Shown here: positions 52,626 through 62,646 of the stretch, in pieces | Position numbering within the stretch: the stretch's first letter is position 1 | Layout of the letters: every line of letters begins with the position of its first letter | DNA from: an uncultured delta proteobacterium | GTDB lineage: Bacteria; Desulfobacterota; Desulfomonilia; UBA1062 | DNA: 64,000 nt | Direction of reading: 5' to 3' | Assembly (NCBI GenBank): GCA_963798485.1 | Contig: CAWCTR010000002.1 | Coordinates: 1-64,000 of the forward strand | The notes under the pieces: generated by a model | The model's input: only the letters and a program-made list of their open reading frames with translations | Databases searched by the model: none | What the model was told of the DNA's origin: nothing | Position numbers and translations under genes: made by a program

Positions 52626-54062
52626 ATGATCAAATTCAGTAAGCAACAGTTAAAGGTGCCCAAGTTGATGAGGCCGGTCTATTTGGTGTCGGCGGGACAG
52701 TCAAAATTCGACAGGGCCATGCCTGACAAACGGACCGAGGAGCTTTGTGTGGACGCATTTACCATGGCGGCGGACCTCCTGAACATGTCGCCGGCTGAAC
52801 TGAAGCGATATATTCACACATGCTACTACGGACATTTTGCCGACCATTTCGGAGACCAGCTCCTGGGCGAAGCGGTCATACACGACAGGCTCGGCCTGGA
52901 CCCGCTCGGCAATAGCGGCATAAAAACCGGCGGTGCAACAGGAGGTTCCACGCTCTGGGAGGCAATGAAGACCGTTGCTTCCGGGTATTCCGACTGCGTG
53001 CTCGCCATGGGATGGGAGAGGATGGACGAAGTCCCCACGGACGAGGGCAACTTCCTGATATCATGCGCTGCCGACAAGGATTGGGAATCTCCTCTGGGGC
53101 ACATCTATACCGGATATTATGCCGTTATGGCCCAGAAATACTGGCAGGTATTCGGAAAGGCCGAAGATTCCTTCAGAAGGACCCTTGCCGAAATATCCGT
53201 GAAGCACCACGGCTATGCCCGCTTCAACCCCTTCGCCCATGGCCCTATGAAGATCACGGTTGATGATGTCTTGAAATCACCGGTAATCGCAGACCCATTG
53301 AGGGCTCTGGATGCGTGCCTCATGAGTGTAGGCGCTGCGTGCGCTATCATTTGCGACGAGGATACGGCAATAAAGCTGACAAAGAATTCCAAGAATACGC
53401 CGCTCAGAATCTGGGTGGCGGCCGGCTCCCACACCCTGCGTCCTGCGGACAGAAGGGACATGGAGATACCGCTTCTGCCCAACGAGAGAGCGGATCAGTA
53501 CAAAAATTTGGGGAAAGAATTTCCCGGTGGTGAACGTTATCCCGGCTTCAGCGGATTTCTTGCCGCAAGAATTGCCGCCTGGTATGCATATCGAATGACA
53601 GGTATTGTTGATCCCACAAAAGATCTCGATGTGATCGAACTTCATGATGCATTCACCATCAGCGATGTGCAGACCTATGAAGATATCGGGATAAGACCCT
53701 ATGGCCATGGACGTGAGTACGTGGAGTCCGGTGACTGCTATCATACCAACCCCAAGACAGGCAAGCCCGGCAAGCTTCCGTCCAACATCTCCGGGGGCCT
53801 GCTTGGATGCATGCATGCGGTGGGGGCGACAGGCATTATGCAGACGTTCGAGATTGCGACTCATATCTGGAATCGCTGGGCCGAGATGCATGGCGATGAA
53901 AAGCTCTGGAAGAAATTCAACAGGAAGAAGCCATCGGACTGGACCAATCTGCAAGTCAAGGGCGCCAAGAGGGCACTTGCCATAAGTCATGCCGGTGTGG
54001 GGTCGCACGTGACGGCAACGATCCTGATGCATCCTGATCATTTATTGAAAAAAGACGCATAA
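52626..54062 (+). CDS. Thiolase-superfamily protein (SCP-x/Ltp type) lacking the canonical nucleophilic Cys
   Basis: GGATGGS at the Cys position; ELHDAFT; SGGLLGCMHAVGATG. Confidence 0.85.
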   Translation: MIKFSKQQLKVPKLMRPVYLVSAGQSKFDRAMPDKRTEELCVDAFTMAADLLNMSPAELKRYIHTCYYGHFADHFGDQLLGEAVIHDRLGLDPLGNSGIKTGGATGGSTLWEAMKTVASGYSDCVLAMGWERMDEVPTDEGNFLISCAADKDWESPLGHIYTGYYAVMAQKYWQVFGKAEDSFRRTLAEISVKHHGYARFNPFAHGPMKITVDDVLKSPVIADPLRALDACLMSVGAACAIICDEDTAIKLTKNSKNTPLRIWVAAGSHTLRPADRRDMEIPLLPNERADQYKNLGKEFPGGERYPGFSGFLAARIAAWYAYRMTGIVDPTKDLDVIELHDAFTISDVQTYEDIGIRPYGHGREYVESGDCYHTNPKTGKPGKLPSNISGGLLGCMHAVGATGIMQTFEIATHIWNRWAEMHGDEKLWKKFNRKKPSDWTNLQVKGAKRALAISHAGVGSHVTATILMHPDHLLKKDA

Positions 54063-54074
54063 AGGAGAAAAACG

Positions 54075-54665
54075 ATGAGCATGTTCGGACAGGTATATGT
54101 AAAGAACAACCAATATAAGATAAAGGGTAATTTCCACCACCTTACCCCCAATATGCCGATAAGGAATGCCGACGACGGCTGGAAGCTCATGGGGGTAACA
54201 AACCCCAGGGATATGACGTATATCCATTCATACGGCGGTGAGGCCATATTTTTTGAATCTCTCTCCCATGGAAAACTGATGGCCACCAAATGTATCAATC
54301 CGAAATGTGAATCCAAGGGCTCCATTTATCAGCCCTTCAGGATCTTCTGCCCCGATTGCCTGGGAAAGAACTCGGTAATAGATATGACGGAGGTCGCACA
54401 AAAAACCGCGAAGATCCATACGTTCATGGTGTGCGAGAGATCGGGTGCCTTCAGCCTGCTCGATAAGCCCATCAAATTCATCAACATTGAATTCGACGGC
54501 GTATGCACCATTTTGATGAGCTATCTTGCAAAAGGCGACCCGAAGATAGGGATGAAGGTTGTACCTATATTCCAGAAAATGAATCCGACTTACACAATCC
54601 TGGATCTGGCTTGGGTCCCAAAAGGTACCAAGGCTGACTCTCTGCCACAAGGATTTTCATTTTAA
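54075..54665 (+). CDS. DUF35-type Zn-ribbon/OB-fold acyl-CoA-binding partner protein
   Basis: KCINPKC and FCPDC; follows thiolase gene. Confidence 0.85.
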   Translation: MSMFGQVYVKNNQYKIKGNFHHLTPNMPIRNADDGWKLMGVTNPRDMTYIHSYGGEAIFFESLSHGKLMATKCINPKCESKGSIYQPFRIFCPDCLGKNSVIDMTEVAQKTAKIHTFMVCERSGAFSLLDKPIKFINIEFDGVCTILMSYLAKGDPKIGMKVVPIFQKMNPTYTILDLAWVPKGTKADSLPQGFSF

Positions 54666-54713
54666 ACGACTACTATATGCGGATGCTACTAGGCTGAATA
54701 TTTTCCCCATGAC

Positions 54714-55883
54714 TTGGAGGAAGCTATGTGTGACTTTGGATTATCAAGCGAACAAAGGCTTCTCCGTCAAAACATCAGGGAGTTTGCCGAGAACGAGATA
54801 GCGCCGGTTGCGCAGCAACTTGATGAGACGGAAACATTTTCAATCGAGCTTACCAGGAAGATGGCCGGCCTGGGGCTCTTCGGAATCGTGGTTGCCGAGG
54901 AATATGGCGGCGCCCACATGGATTACCTGGCATACATAATCGCCATAGAGGAGATAGCCCGCATCGATGGCTCCCAGGCGGCTACGGTGGCGGCCGCCAA
55001 TTCGCTGGGCATCGGCCCCATATACTACTTCGGAAACGAGGATCAGAAGCAGGAATGGCTGCCCAGACTGTGCAGGGGTGAGATACTGTCATCCTTCGGC
55101 CTCACGGAAGCCAATGCCGGTTCCGATGCCGGTGCCAGCAAGACAACGGCCAGGCTTGAGAACGGCCAGTGGGTGGTAAACGGCAGCAAGATTTTCATAA
55201 CAAACTCGACGTCGGCACTCTCAGGAATCTGTACGGTCCAGGCCATCACCGGGAAGAAACCCGACGGCAAGAAAGAGGTTTCCTGCATACTCGTACCAAA
55301 CGGCACCCCCGGGTTCACAACAAAGAAGATGACCGGGAAGATGATGTGGAGATCTTCTGACACAGGAGAGCTGTACTTCGATGACTGCCGGGTCCCACAG
55401 GAGAACCTGCTCGGAAAACGGGGAGACGGCTTTCACCAGATGCTCTCAACGCTGGACAACGGCAGGCTCGCTATCGCGGCCATGGGGCTGGGTGGGGCTC
55501 AGGGGGCGTTTGAGCTGGCACTCAAGTATGCAAAAACCCGAGAACAGTTCGGCAAGCCCATATCTTCCTTCCAGGTCAACGCCTTCAAGCTCGCCGACAT
55601 GGACACCGAGATCGAGGTTGCCAGGGACCTGCTCTACAAGGCATGCAAGCTGAAAGACTCTAGCTTGCCCTTCCGCAAGCTTGCCGCCATGTCGAAGCTC
55701 TACTGCGCCGAGATGATGGGTCGTGTGGTGGACCAGGCCGTCCAGATACACGGCGGTTACGGCCTCATGAAGGAATACAATATCGAGCGCTTCTTCCGGG
55801 ATTACAAGCTGCTGACCATCGGTGAGGGAACATCTGAGATCCAGCGTGTCGTTATCTCAAGGGAGATCGGATGCTACTCATGA
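54714..55883 (+). CDS. Acyl-CoA dehydrogenase
   Basis: GLTEANAGSDA, NGSKIFITN, QIHGGYG, IGEGTSEIQR. Confidence 0.95.
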   Translation: MEEAMCDFGLSSEQRLLRQNIREFAENEIAPVAQQLDETETFSIELTRKMAGLGLFGIVVAEEYGGAHMDYLAYIIAIEEIARIDGSQAATVAAANSLGIGPIYYFGNEDQKQEWLPRLCRGEILSSFGLTEANAGSDAGASKTTARLENGQWVVNGSKIFITNSTSALSGICTVQAITGKKPDGKKEVSCILVPNGTPGFTTKKMTGKMMWRSSDTGELYFDDCRVPQENLLGKRGDGFHQMLSTLDNGRLAIAAMGLGGAQGAFELALKYAKTREQFGKPISSFQVNAFKLADMDTEIEVARDLLYKACKLKDSSLPFRKLAAMSKLYCAEMMGRVVDQAVQIHGGYGLMKEYNIERFFRDYKLLTIGEGTSEIQRVVISREIGCYS

Positions 55884-56881
55884 CAGAGGAAAAAGACAAT
55901 GAATTAAAATCCGGGCAGAACGAATTATTCTCCAATCCTGACGCGGATGCTGCCAGGGAATTTTTCAGAACAAAATCACGGGCACTGAAGCCGAAACTCT
56001 CAACGGTTGAAGAAGTCGTGAGGACATTGGTACATGACGGCGATTATATCGGAATTGGTGGGTTCGGCGCCAACAGGATACCCACGGCAATTCTTCACGA
56101 GATGGTAAGGCAGGGGAAAAAGCATCTGGGTCTCGCGGGTCATACCTCCACACATGACTTCCAGATCCTTGTTGCGGGTGAATGTTTTGACCGGTGTGAT
56201 ATCGCATATATAATAGGCCTTGAGGCGCGTGGACTTTCTCCCAATGCAAGACGGTACATCGAAAGCGGCAAGGTGAAGATCACCGAATGGACCAACGCGA
56301 CACTTTCCTGGCGTATAAAAGCGGCTGCTATGGGGCTTTCCTTTCTACCGGCCAGGAACATAATGGGGACGGATACATTCAAATACAGCGCAGCGAAAGA
56401 GATAATCTGCCCGTTCACCGGACAAAAGTACGTTGCGCATCCGGCGCTGTATCCGGACTTTGCCGCCATCCATGTGCACGAGAGCGATATCTACGGCAAC
56501 GCACACGTATATGGGGCCTCTGTCTCGGACCAGGATCTGGCAAAGGCCTCCAAGCGCGTCGTCCTTACCACGGAGAGGTTAATCTCGACCGAGAAGATCC
56601 GTCAAAATCCGGAAGCGACCTTTATTCCCTTCTGGTGTGTCGACGCCGTCATTGAGGTTCCCTATGGAAGCTATCCAGGTAACATGCCCTATGAGTACTT
56701 CTCGGATGAGGAGCACCTGAGAGAGTGGCTCACCATTGAAAAGGACCCGGATGAATTCAAAAAGTTCATTGAGAAGCAGATATATAGGACCAAGAATTTT
56801 TATGAATACCTCGAACTCAACGGCGGCATAGAGAAGATGAAGAAGCTCCGGGCCATAGAGCTCTTAATCGATAAAAAGTAG
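55880..56881 (+). CDS. CoA-transferase subunit A (glutaconate CoA-transferase-like)
   Basis: GDYIGIGGF, AAAMGLSFLP, DIYGNA, VPYGSYP. Confidence 0.88.
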   Translation: MTEEKDNELKSGQNELFSNPDADAAREFFRTKSRALKPKLSTVEEVVRTLVHDGDYIGIGGFGANRIPTAILHEMVRQGKKHLGLAGHTSTHDFQILVAGECFDRCDIAYIIGLEARGLSPNARRYIESGKVKITEWTNATLSWRIKAAAMGLSFLPARNIMGTDTFKYSAAKEIICPFTGQKYVAHPALYPDFAAIHVHESDIYGNAHVYGASVSDQDLAKASKRVVLTTERLISTEKIRQNPEATFIPFWCVDAVIEVPYGSYPGNMPYEYFSDEEHLREWLTIEKDPDEFKKFIEKQIYRTKNFYEYLELNGGIEKMKKLRAIELLIDKK

Positions 56882-56891
56882 GGGTGCCACA

Positions 56892-57662
56892 ATGGCTGAC
56901 TATAATCAGATCGAGCTCATGATCTGCGTCGCGGCAAGAAATCTGGAGGACGGATCAACTGTTGTGGTCGGCACAGGGGCCCCATGCGCTGCTGCAATGC
57001 TCGCACAGAAGACCCACTCACCCAACATCTGCATACTGTTTGAGGCAGGGGGGGTAGCGCCGATCCTTCCCGCCATGCCCATATCGGTGGGGGACTCTAG
57101 GACGTTCCATAAGGCTATCATGGCGAGTTCTATGCCCGAGATAATGGAAACGTGCCAGCGAGGGATGGTCGATTACACATTTCTGGGCGGTGCCCAGATC
57201 GACATGTATGGAAATATCAATTCCACCATGATAGGCAAGGACCATTCCAAGCCCAAGGTAAGATTCCCGGGATCGGGAGGGGCGAATGACCTTGCTTCGC
57301 TCTGCTGGCGCACCATGATGATGACTGTGCAGGATGCAAAGCGTTTTACGAATGATATCGATTTCATCACATCGCCGGGATACCTCCAGGGTGGTAACTC
57401 ACGTTATGAAGCGGGACTCCCGAAGGGAACAGGTCCTTACAGGATAATCACCCATATGGCCATCATGGGATTTGATGATGAGACCAAAAGGATGAAGGTC
57501 CTCTCCATAAACCCCGGGTACACCAGGAAGGATGTCCAGGACAACTGTGGTTTTGAACTGCTGTGGTCTGATAATATTACGGAAACCGATCCGCCGCATA
57601 AATCCGAGCTTCGGATACTGAGGGAAGAAGTCGATCCCAACAGATATATCATAGGAAGGTGA
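56892..57662 (+). CDS. CoA-transferase subunit B (glutaconate CoA-transferase-like)
   Basis: LFEAGG, FLGGAQIDMYGNIN, RFPGSGGAND, DFITSPG. Confidence 0.9.
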   Translation: MADYNQIELMICVAARNLEDGSTVVVGTGAPCAAAMLAQKTHSPNICILFEAGGVAPILPAMPISVGDSRTFHKAIMASSMPEIMETCQRGMVDYTFLGGAQIDMYGNINSTMIGKDHSKPKVRFPGSGGANDLASLCWRTMMMTVQDAKRFTNDIDFITSPGYLQGGNSRYEAGLPKGTGPYRIITHMAIMGFDDETKRMKVLSINPGYTRKDVQDNCGFELLWSDNITETDPPHKSELRILREEVDPNRYIIGR

Positions 57663-57741
57663 TGAGTTGAGGCAGAAGCTCGATTGAGGCACACCGTGAA
57701 ATTCCAGAAGGCGCCTCTTTACAAAAGGCCGGAAGGATGAA

Positions 57742-58569
57742 ATGAGATCGGGCCGAGCACTCGAAAAATTTGTCTTGTATCTCAAGCGACATCGCGTCGG
57801 CAAAGGAACCATATTGATCGAGTCCCCCAAACGCCTTCGTGATAAGTCAACAGGCCGCCTTTGCAAACATGATGTTGTCCTGACAATCAATTCCGGAAAT
57901 CATGCGGTGCTGGTTGCAATTGAATACCGGGAACAAAGCCGGCCGGTCGGACTGTCTCAACTTGAGGCATTTGCTCAAAAGTGCTCGGCAACATCCATGA
58001 ACAAATCCGTTATTGTCTCTTCCAGCGGTTTTACCAAAACCGCACTTTGCAAGGCAAAGGCACTTGACATACATTGCCTGTCTCTTGAGCAAATCAAGAG
58101 TTTCCCTTGGTTTCATTGCGTGACGAAACTCTGTCAGATTCGAACGAATTACACGCACATCGATTTTGCGATTATCCCCGAGAAGGACTTTGTGAGAAAG
58201 CCTGTCTCATTCACGCTCATAAACGATGATGGCCAGACTATCTCCCCTGATGATTTACGTGACTACCTGCTTGCAGCCTTGATCCAACGACAGAGAGATT
58301 CTTCTGATCTTCAGCCTGGAGATAAAGTTGAGCGCATCAGAACGTTTCCAAGGAATCTCAGCATCATTGATACCGATACGGGCATAACCCGGAAAGTACA
58401 GCAAATCAGCGTGGTCGCATACTGCAAGAGTGAAAAGATGGAACAGTCTTTTTTATTGCAGGAGCAAAGAGATACCAAGTCCAACACCCATTATGCCCAG
58501 TTCCCGCAACTATTGAACAAGCCCGACTTCAGTGATGTTGGAATAGTTATGCGTAAAAGTAAAAATTAG
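57742..58569 (+). CDS. Mrr-like PD-(D/E)xK restriction endonuclease domain protein, catalytic motif degenerate
   Basis: GRALE, HDVVL...VAIEYRE, VIVSSSGFTKTA. Confidence 0.65.
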   Translation: MRSGRALEKFVLYLKRHRVGKGTILIESPKRLRDKSTGRLCKHDVVLTINSGNHAVLVAIEYREQSRPVGLSQLEAFAQKCSATSMNKSVIVSSSGFTKTALCKAKALDIHCLSLEQIKSFPWFHCVTKLCQIRTNYTHIDFAIIPEKDFVRKPVSFTLINDDGQTISPDDLRDYLLAALIQRQRDSSDLQPGDKVERIRTFPRNLSIIDTDTGITRKVQQISVVAYCKSEKMEQSFLLQEQRDTKSNTHYAQFPQLLNKPDFSDVGIVMRKSKN

Positions 58570-58638
58570 GACAAAAGGGTGCAATTCTTTAACATTCCCC
58601 ACATACATCGGGTGTTCTTCACGCGGTGCACCAACATG

Positions 58639-59040
58639 TCAGAATTTCTTTACTGCGTCTCTCAGCAGCTTGCGTGCTTCATCTGAATACCAGCAATCAA
58701 TGAACTCCTGTGTCTTCTTTTCTCCTGATATGAGAAAACGCTTTTCGACTTCTTCTGTCCGATTCTGTTTTATTAATGCAAATGCACCGAGAGGCCAAGA
58801 ACCTATGCATTTTGCATTCCTAACGGCATGCTCTTTTACTTCACCTGTCGGGAAAACCTTGTCAACCAGGCCCATCTGCAGGGACTCCATCGGCCTATAG
58901 AATTCCCCGGTATCTATTATCTCCTTTGCAATACGGGTACCCACGATATCCCTCAGCACGCAGTCGGCAAGATAAGGGACAGGGACCCCAAGCTTGATTT
59001 CATTCAGCCCCATCCATATCACACTCTGCCCGGTCATATA
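58639..59040 (-). pseudogene. N-terminally truncated enoyl-CoA hydratase/isomerase
   Basis: MGLNEIKLGVPVP and GLVDKV match the C-terminal half of crotonases; N-terminal half absent. Confidence 0.7.
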
Positions 59041-59171
59041 CCCGGATAGATGACAGGTCAAACTGCACAAACTAATCTACCGCATTATACGTTGTTCATG
59101 TGTTGTTTGATAGGTGGAATTTCCTGTTTTGAAAGTTAACATAGTGATATTTACTACCGGAAAGGACCCCC

Positions 59172-59378
59172 ATGGCATTCATACGGATGAAAGGTGTGGA
59201 AGGATTAGTCTATGTCCCTGAGGATGATGCGGGCTTGAAGAAGCACCCATGCGAAGACTGCTACTTCTGCCAGTGGTGCAGTGATAACAGGTGTGACCTG
59301 TGTCTTAAGGGCAAAAAGTGCAAAAATATCCAATGCCGGAGTGATTTGATACCCCCTGATAAGATCAAACCTGCTTAA
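59172..59378 (+). CDS. Small Cys-rich hypothetical protein
   Basis: RBS AAGGA; CEDCYFCQWCSDNRCDLC. Confidence 0.65.
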   Translation: MAFIRMKGVEGLVYVPEDDAGLKKHPCEDCYFCQWCSDNRCDLCLKGKKCKNIQCRSDLIPPDKIKPA

Positions 59379-59460
59379 TCTCTTGATAAATTGAGCCCGG
59401 GTGTTATCGAATTTATCATTCTGACGATACTATCTATGAATACATCAGAGGAGAAACCGC

Positions 59461-59607
59461 ATGAACTATGGGCCCGAACTAATGATCAGTAATGCGATAA
59501 AAGAATTATTCCAGGTTATGACTGTATCAGCTGAAGAAGAGGCTAAGAACAATATCAAAAAGAATCTCGATAGTATCGTAGTCAAAGAGCGGATGTCAGC
59601 ATCGTGA
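59461..59607 (+). CDS. Putative 48-aa small protein (not in ORF track)
   Basis: GAGGAG RBS before ATG; MNYGPELMISNAIKELFQV...KERMSAS*. Confidence 0.4.
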   Translation: MNYGPELMISNAIKELFQVMTVSAEEEAKNNIKKNLDSIVVKERMSAS

Positions 59608-59653
59608 AGTAACTTTATTTTGATTCTTTAATTTTCTACCGTATCGTATTAGG

Positions 59654-60283
59654 ATGTCTATTGAGGTTAACCCCGCAATGAATATTTCCGGAGAAACCCG
59701 CCTTGGCCTCGCTATTGATGAAAACCAATTACACCATCTTTTTCTTATCCTGCAGTCCGGGTTCTTCCTGAAGATACAGGTGGGCTGCACCTTGAAGACA
59801 TTCCTCATGGTAGAGATCGGCCTCAACCAGGAATTCATAGAAGAAAGGATACAAACCATCTTTCTCGATGGTCAAGTAGTAGATGACCTGGGCTCTGCAA
59901 TCATCAAGGACGGCTCATCCCTTGCCTTGTCTTCGGCCATGCCGGGACTTGTCGGGGCAGCCATGAGGCGGGGAGGCTTCTACGGTGCGCTGAGGTCATC
60001 CATAACCTACCGGGAAAAAGGGCAACCGGACCAGTTGCATGACGGCACTGTCCAAATTAAGCTCTATAACCTTCTTATGGCTGATCTTGGACCGCTGTTT
60101 TTCCGGAAAGGGATTTATGTTTCATCTTCCTTTCTTTATGATTTTCTCTCTAAGCAGCCCGAATCTTTCTGGATGGGATGCAAGTGTATTATCCTGAACG
60201 AGAAGCCCATTACTAAGGATATGCTGCTGAGATCTGAAAACCGGTTTCATCCTGAACATACATTCCTTTTCTTAAGCCCTTAA
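59654..60283 (+). CDS. Hypothetical protein with ubiquitin/MoaD-like segment
   Basis: IQTIFLDGQVVDD...LALSSAMPGLVGA. Confidence 0.6.
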   Translation: MSIEVNPAMNISGETRLGLAIDENQLHHLFLILQSGFFLKIQVGCTLKTFLMVEIGLNQEFIEERIQTIFLDGQVVDDLGSAIIKDGSSLALSSAMPGLVGAAMRRGGFYGALRSSITYREKGQPDQLHDGTVQIKLYNLLMADLGPLFFRKGIYVSSSFLYDFLSKQPESFWMGCKCIILNEKPITKDMLLRSENRFHPEHTFLFLSP

Positions 60284-60296
60284 AGGCAGAAAACCC

Positions 60297-61334
60297 TCAC
60301 ACAAAAACGCCTGCCATCCTTTTTTCGATGGTCTCGGCCTCCCTCACGATCCGATCGAACAGTTCCTTGACCGACGGTTCATCGTGAATCAGGCCGGTAC
60401 ACTGGCCCACAGGCAGCACGCCCTTCTGAAGGTCACCCACCTCGGTTGCCAGCTGGAAGGCCTTGGAGGCATTAGCCAGGTAGGCAAGCTGCTTTGCGTT
60501 CTTCCATCCGGACAGCACTACGCCGATGAAGAGCTTGATGAATGGCAGGCGGAGCGTCTTCGCAATGTCCTGCGCATTGATGAATGCCGCAGGCAGGTTC
60601 AATCCGCGCCGCTTGACACGCTTGGCCGTATCGGTCTTGAGGACGCGGCACCACAGCCCATCGATGCGCTTCGAGTAGAGGGTGTCCGTGACATCCTTCT
60701 TGATGGAGAGGTCTTTGTAATTCTGGTGGAGGGGGCTTTCCTTGGTCGTCATCAGCCTGGTACCCATTGCGATTCCCTCTGCGCCCAGGGCAATCGCTGC
60801 TGCAAGACCCCGCCCATCTGCAATGCCGCCGGCCGCCACCACAGGGATGGTAAGGGCATCCACAAGGCTCGGTATGAGGCAGAACGTGGTGACGAATTCA
60901 CCGTGTGCAGCAGCCTCATTACCCGTGGCGATCACTGCATCGCACCCATATTCCTGTGCTCGCTTGGCGTGCCGGGCGTTTACCACGGTGGCCATAACCT
61001 TGCCACCGTATTTGTGGGCTTCCTGTACGATCCAGTCGCCCTTACCCAGTGCAAAGTTGATCACAGGGACCTGCTCTTCCAGGAGGACCTTTGCAGATTC
61101 CTTTGCGCCCGGGAACAGCAGTGATGCATTGGCCCCGAAAGGTCTGTCCGTGAGCTTTCGGATTTGTCTTATCGATTCCCTGGTGGTATCCTTGTCGAGG
61201 GGGCCTGTGGCGAGAATTCCCAGACCGCCTGCATTGGAAACCGCAGCCACCATCTTGGGCACACTGATCCAGCTCATCCCGGACAGCAAAATGGGATAAT
61301 GAATCCCCAACATCTCGGTAATCCTGGTTTTCAT
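60297..61334 (-). CDS. Nitronate monooxygenase / FabK-like flavin oxidoreductase
   Basis: AAVSNAGGLG, GNEAAAH, AAGGIADGRG, MGTR. Confidence 0.9.
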   Translation of the reverse strand: MKTRITEMLGIHYPILLSGMSWISVPKMVAAVSNAGGLGILATGPLDKDTTRESIRQIRKLTDRPFGANASLLFPGAKESAKVLLEEQVPVINFALGKGDWIVQEAHKYGGKVMATVVNARHAKRAQEYGCDAVIATGNEAAAHGEFVTTFCLIPSLVDALTIPVVAAGGIADGRGLAAAIALGAEGIAMGTRLMTTKESPLHQNYKDLSIKKDVTDTLYSKRIDGLWCRVLKTDTAKRVKRRGLNLPAAFINAQDIAKTLRLPFIKLFIGVVLSGWKNAKQLAYLANASKAFQLATEVGDLQKGVLPVGQCTGLIHDEPSVKELFDRIVREAETIEKRMAGVFV

Positions 61335-61383
61335 AGTACTCCTCCTGGAAGCTCACTTAGGTTATTGACAAACAAAGGGAACA

Positions 61384-62520
61384 TTAAAATCCTTCCATGC
61401 GGGCGATGATCTCACACATGATTTCATCAGCACCTGCGCCTATGGACATGATGCGGGAATCCCTGAAATAGCGTGAGATCAGTGTCTCATTCATGAATCC
61501 CATGCCCCCGAACATCTGAAGGCATCCGCTTGCAACCTCGGAGATCAGCTGCCCGGCAAAAAGCTTTCCCATGGATATCTCGCGGGTGACATCAAGCCCT
61601 TTCATCTTCATACGGACAATATGGTAGGATAATTGTTTCAGGCATTCATTCTTCGTGAGCCACCCGGCCAGGCGGTGCCGCAGTACCTGTTTCGTAATGA
61701 GGGGTTTGCCGAAGACAAAGCGCTGTCTCAAATACTGAACAGTCATATCGATCATGTCGCGGACGCACACGTAGGTCCCGGGCAAGACTGCAAACCGCTC
61801 ATGCTGGAACTGCTGCATCTGATAAATAAACCCTTCCCCTTCAAAGCCTATCAAATTCTCGGCAGGTACCTTGACGTTGTCGAAAAAGAGCTCGGCCGTA
61901 TCGCTGCTCCTGAGGCCCACCTTGTCGAGTTTCTTGCTTACGGAAAACCCGGGGAGATTTGTCGGCACAATAAAAAGACTGAACGAATGATACCCCGAAT
62001 CATCCCCTGATCGCGCGAGCAAGGTCAGGAAGTCTGCCTGGGTGCCGTTGGTTATAAATGTTTTAGAGCCATTGATTATATAGCTGTCACCTTTCTTTAC
62101 GGCCCGTGTCCTGATGGCAAAGACATCGGAGCCGGCATCGGGCTCTGTGACTGCAATGGCCGATACCATGTCGCCCGCGATAGCCGCCTTTAAATATGTC
62201 TCTTTCAGGTACTCGCTTCCATAAGCAGCAATGGCAGGTGTAGCCATATTCGTCTGGACAGCAATGGCTGTAGAAACACCCATTCCGTGGATATGCCCGA
62301 GCTCCTCGAGCAGGATGGTCTCATACCAGTAATCAAGACCCTGGCCCCCATATTGGGGGTCATAACGGATTCCTAAGAATCCGAGGTCCCCCATCTTCTT
62401 GAACAGGTCATGGAGCGGAGCAGTCTTTTCCTCCCATTCATCCATGTAGGGGTTAATTTCCTTGTCCACGAATTTTTTTATAGAAGCCCGAAAAGCCTCG
62501 TGTGTATCGTCAAAATACAT
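61384..62520 (-). CDS. Acyl-CoA dehydrogenase (AtuD-like context)
   Basis: AVTEPDAGSDV, GSKTFITNG, FQHER, IGAGADEIM; downstream of an atuA-like gene. Confidence 0.92.
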   Translation of the reverse strand: MYFDDTHEAFRASIKKFVDKEINPYMDEWEEKTAPLHDLFKKMGDLGFLGIRYDPQYGGQGLDYWYETILLEELGHIHGMGVSTAIAVQTNMATPAIAAYGSEYLKETYLKAAIAGDMVSAIAVTEPDAGSDVFAIRTRAVKKGDSYIINGSKTFITNGTQADFLTLLARSGDDSGYHSFSLFIVPTNLPGFSVSKKLDKVGLRSSDTAELFFDNVKVPAENLIGFEGEGFIYQMQQFQHERFAVLPGTYVCVRDMIDMTVQYLRQRFVFGKPLITKQVLRHRLAGWLTKNECLKQLSYHIVRMKMKGLDVTREISMGKLFAGQLISEVASGCLQMFGGMGFMNETLISRYFRDSRIMSIGAGADEIMCEIIARMEGF

Positions 62521-62646
62521 CCCGACCTCCCTTTTTCTCAAGCGCCGTATCTGGAGTGAACCTCTTCATCCGGCCACATGGGTAGAGTTGCGAGTACAGC
62601 GTGCAATCTCTCTAAAGCATTAATCCCTTGCAGGTTGTTGCACCTA

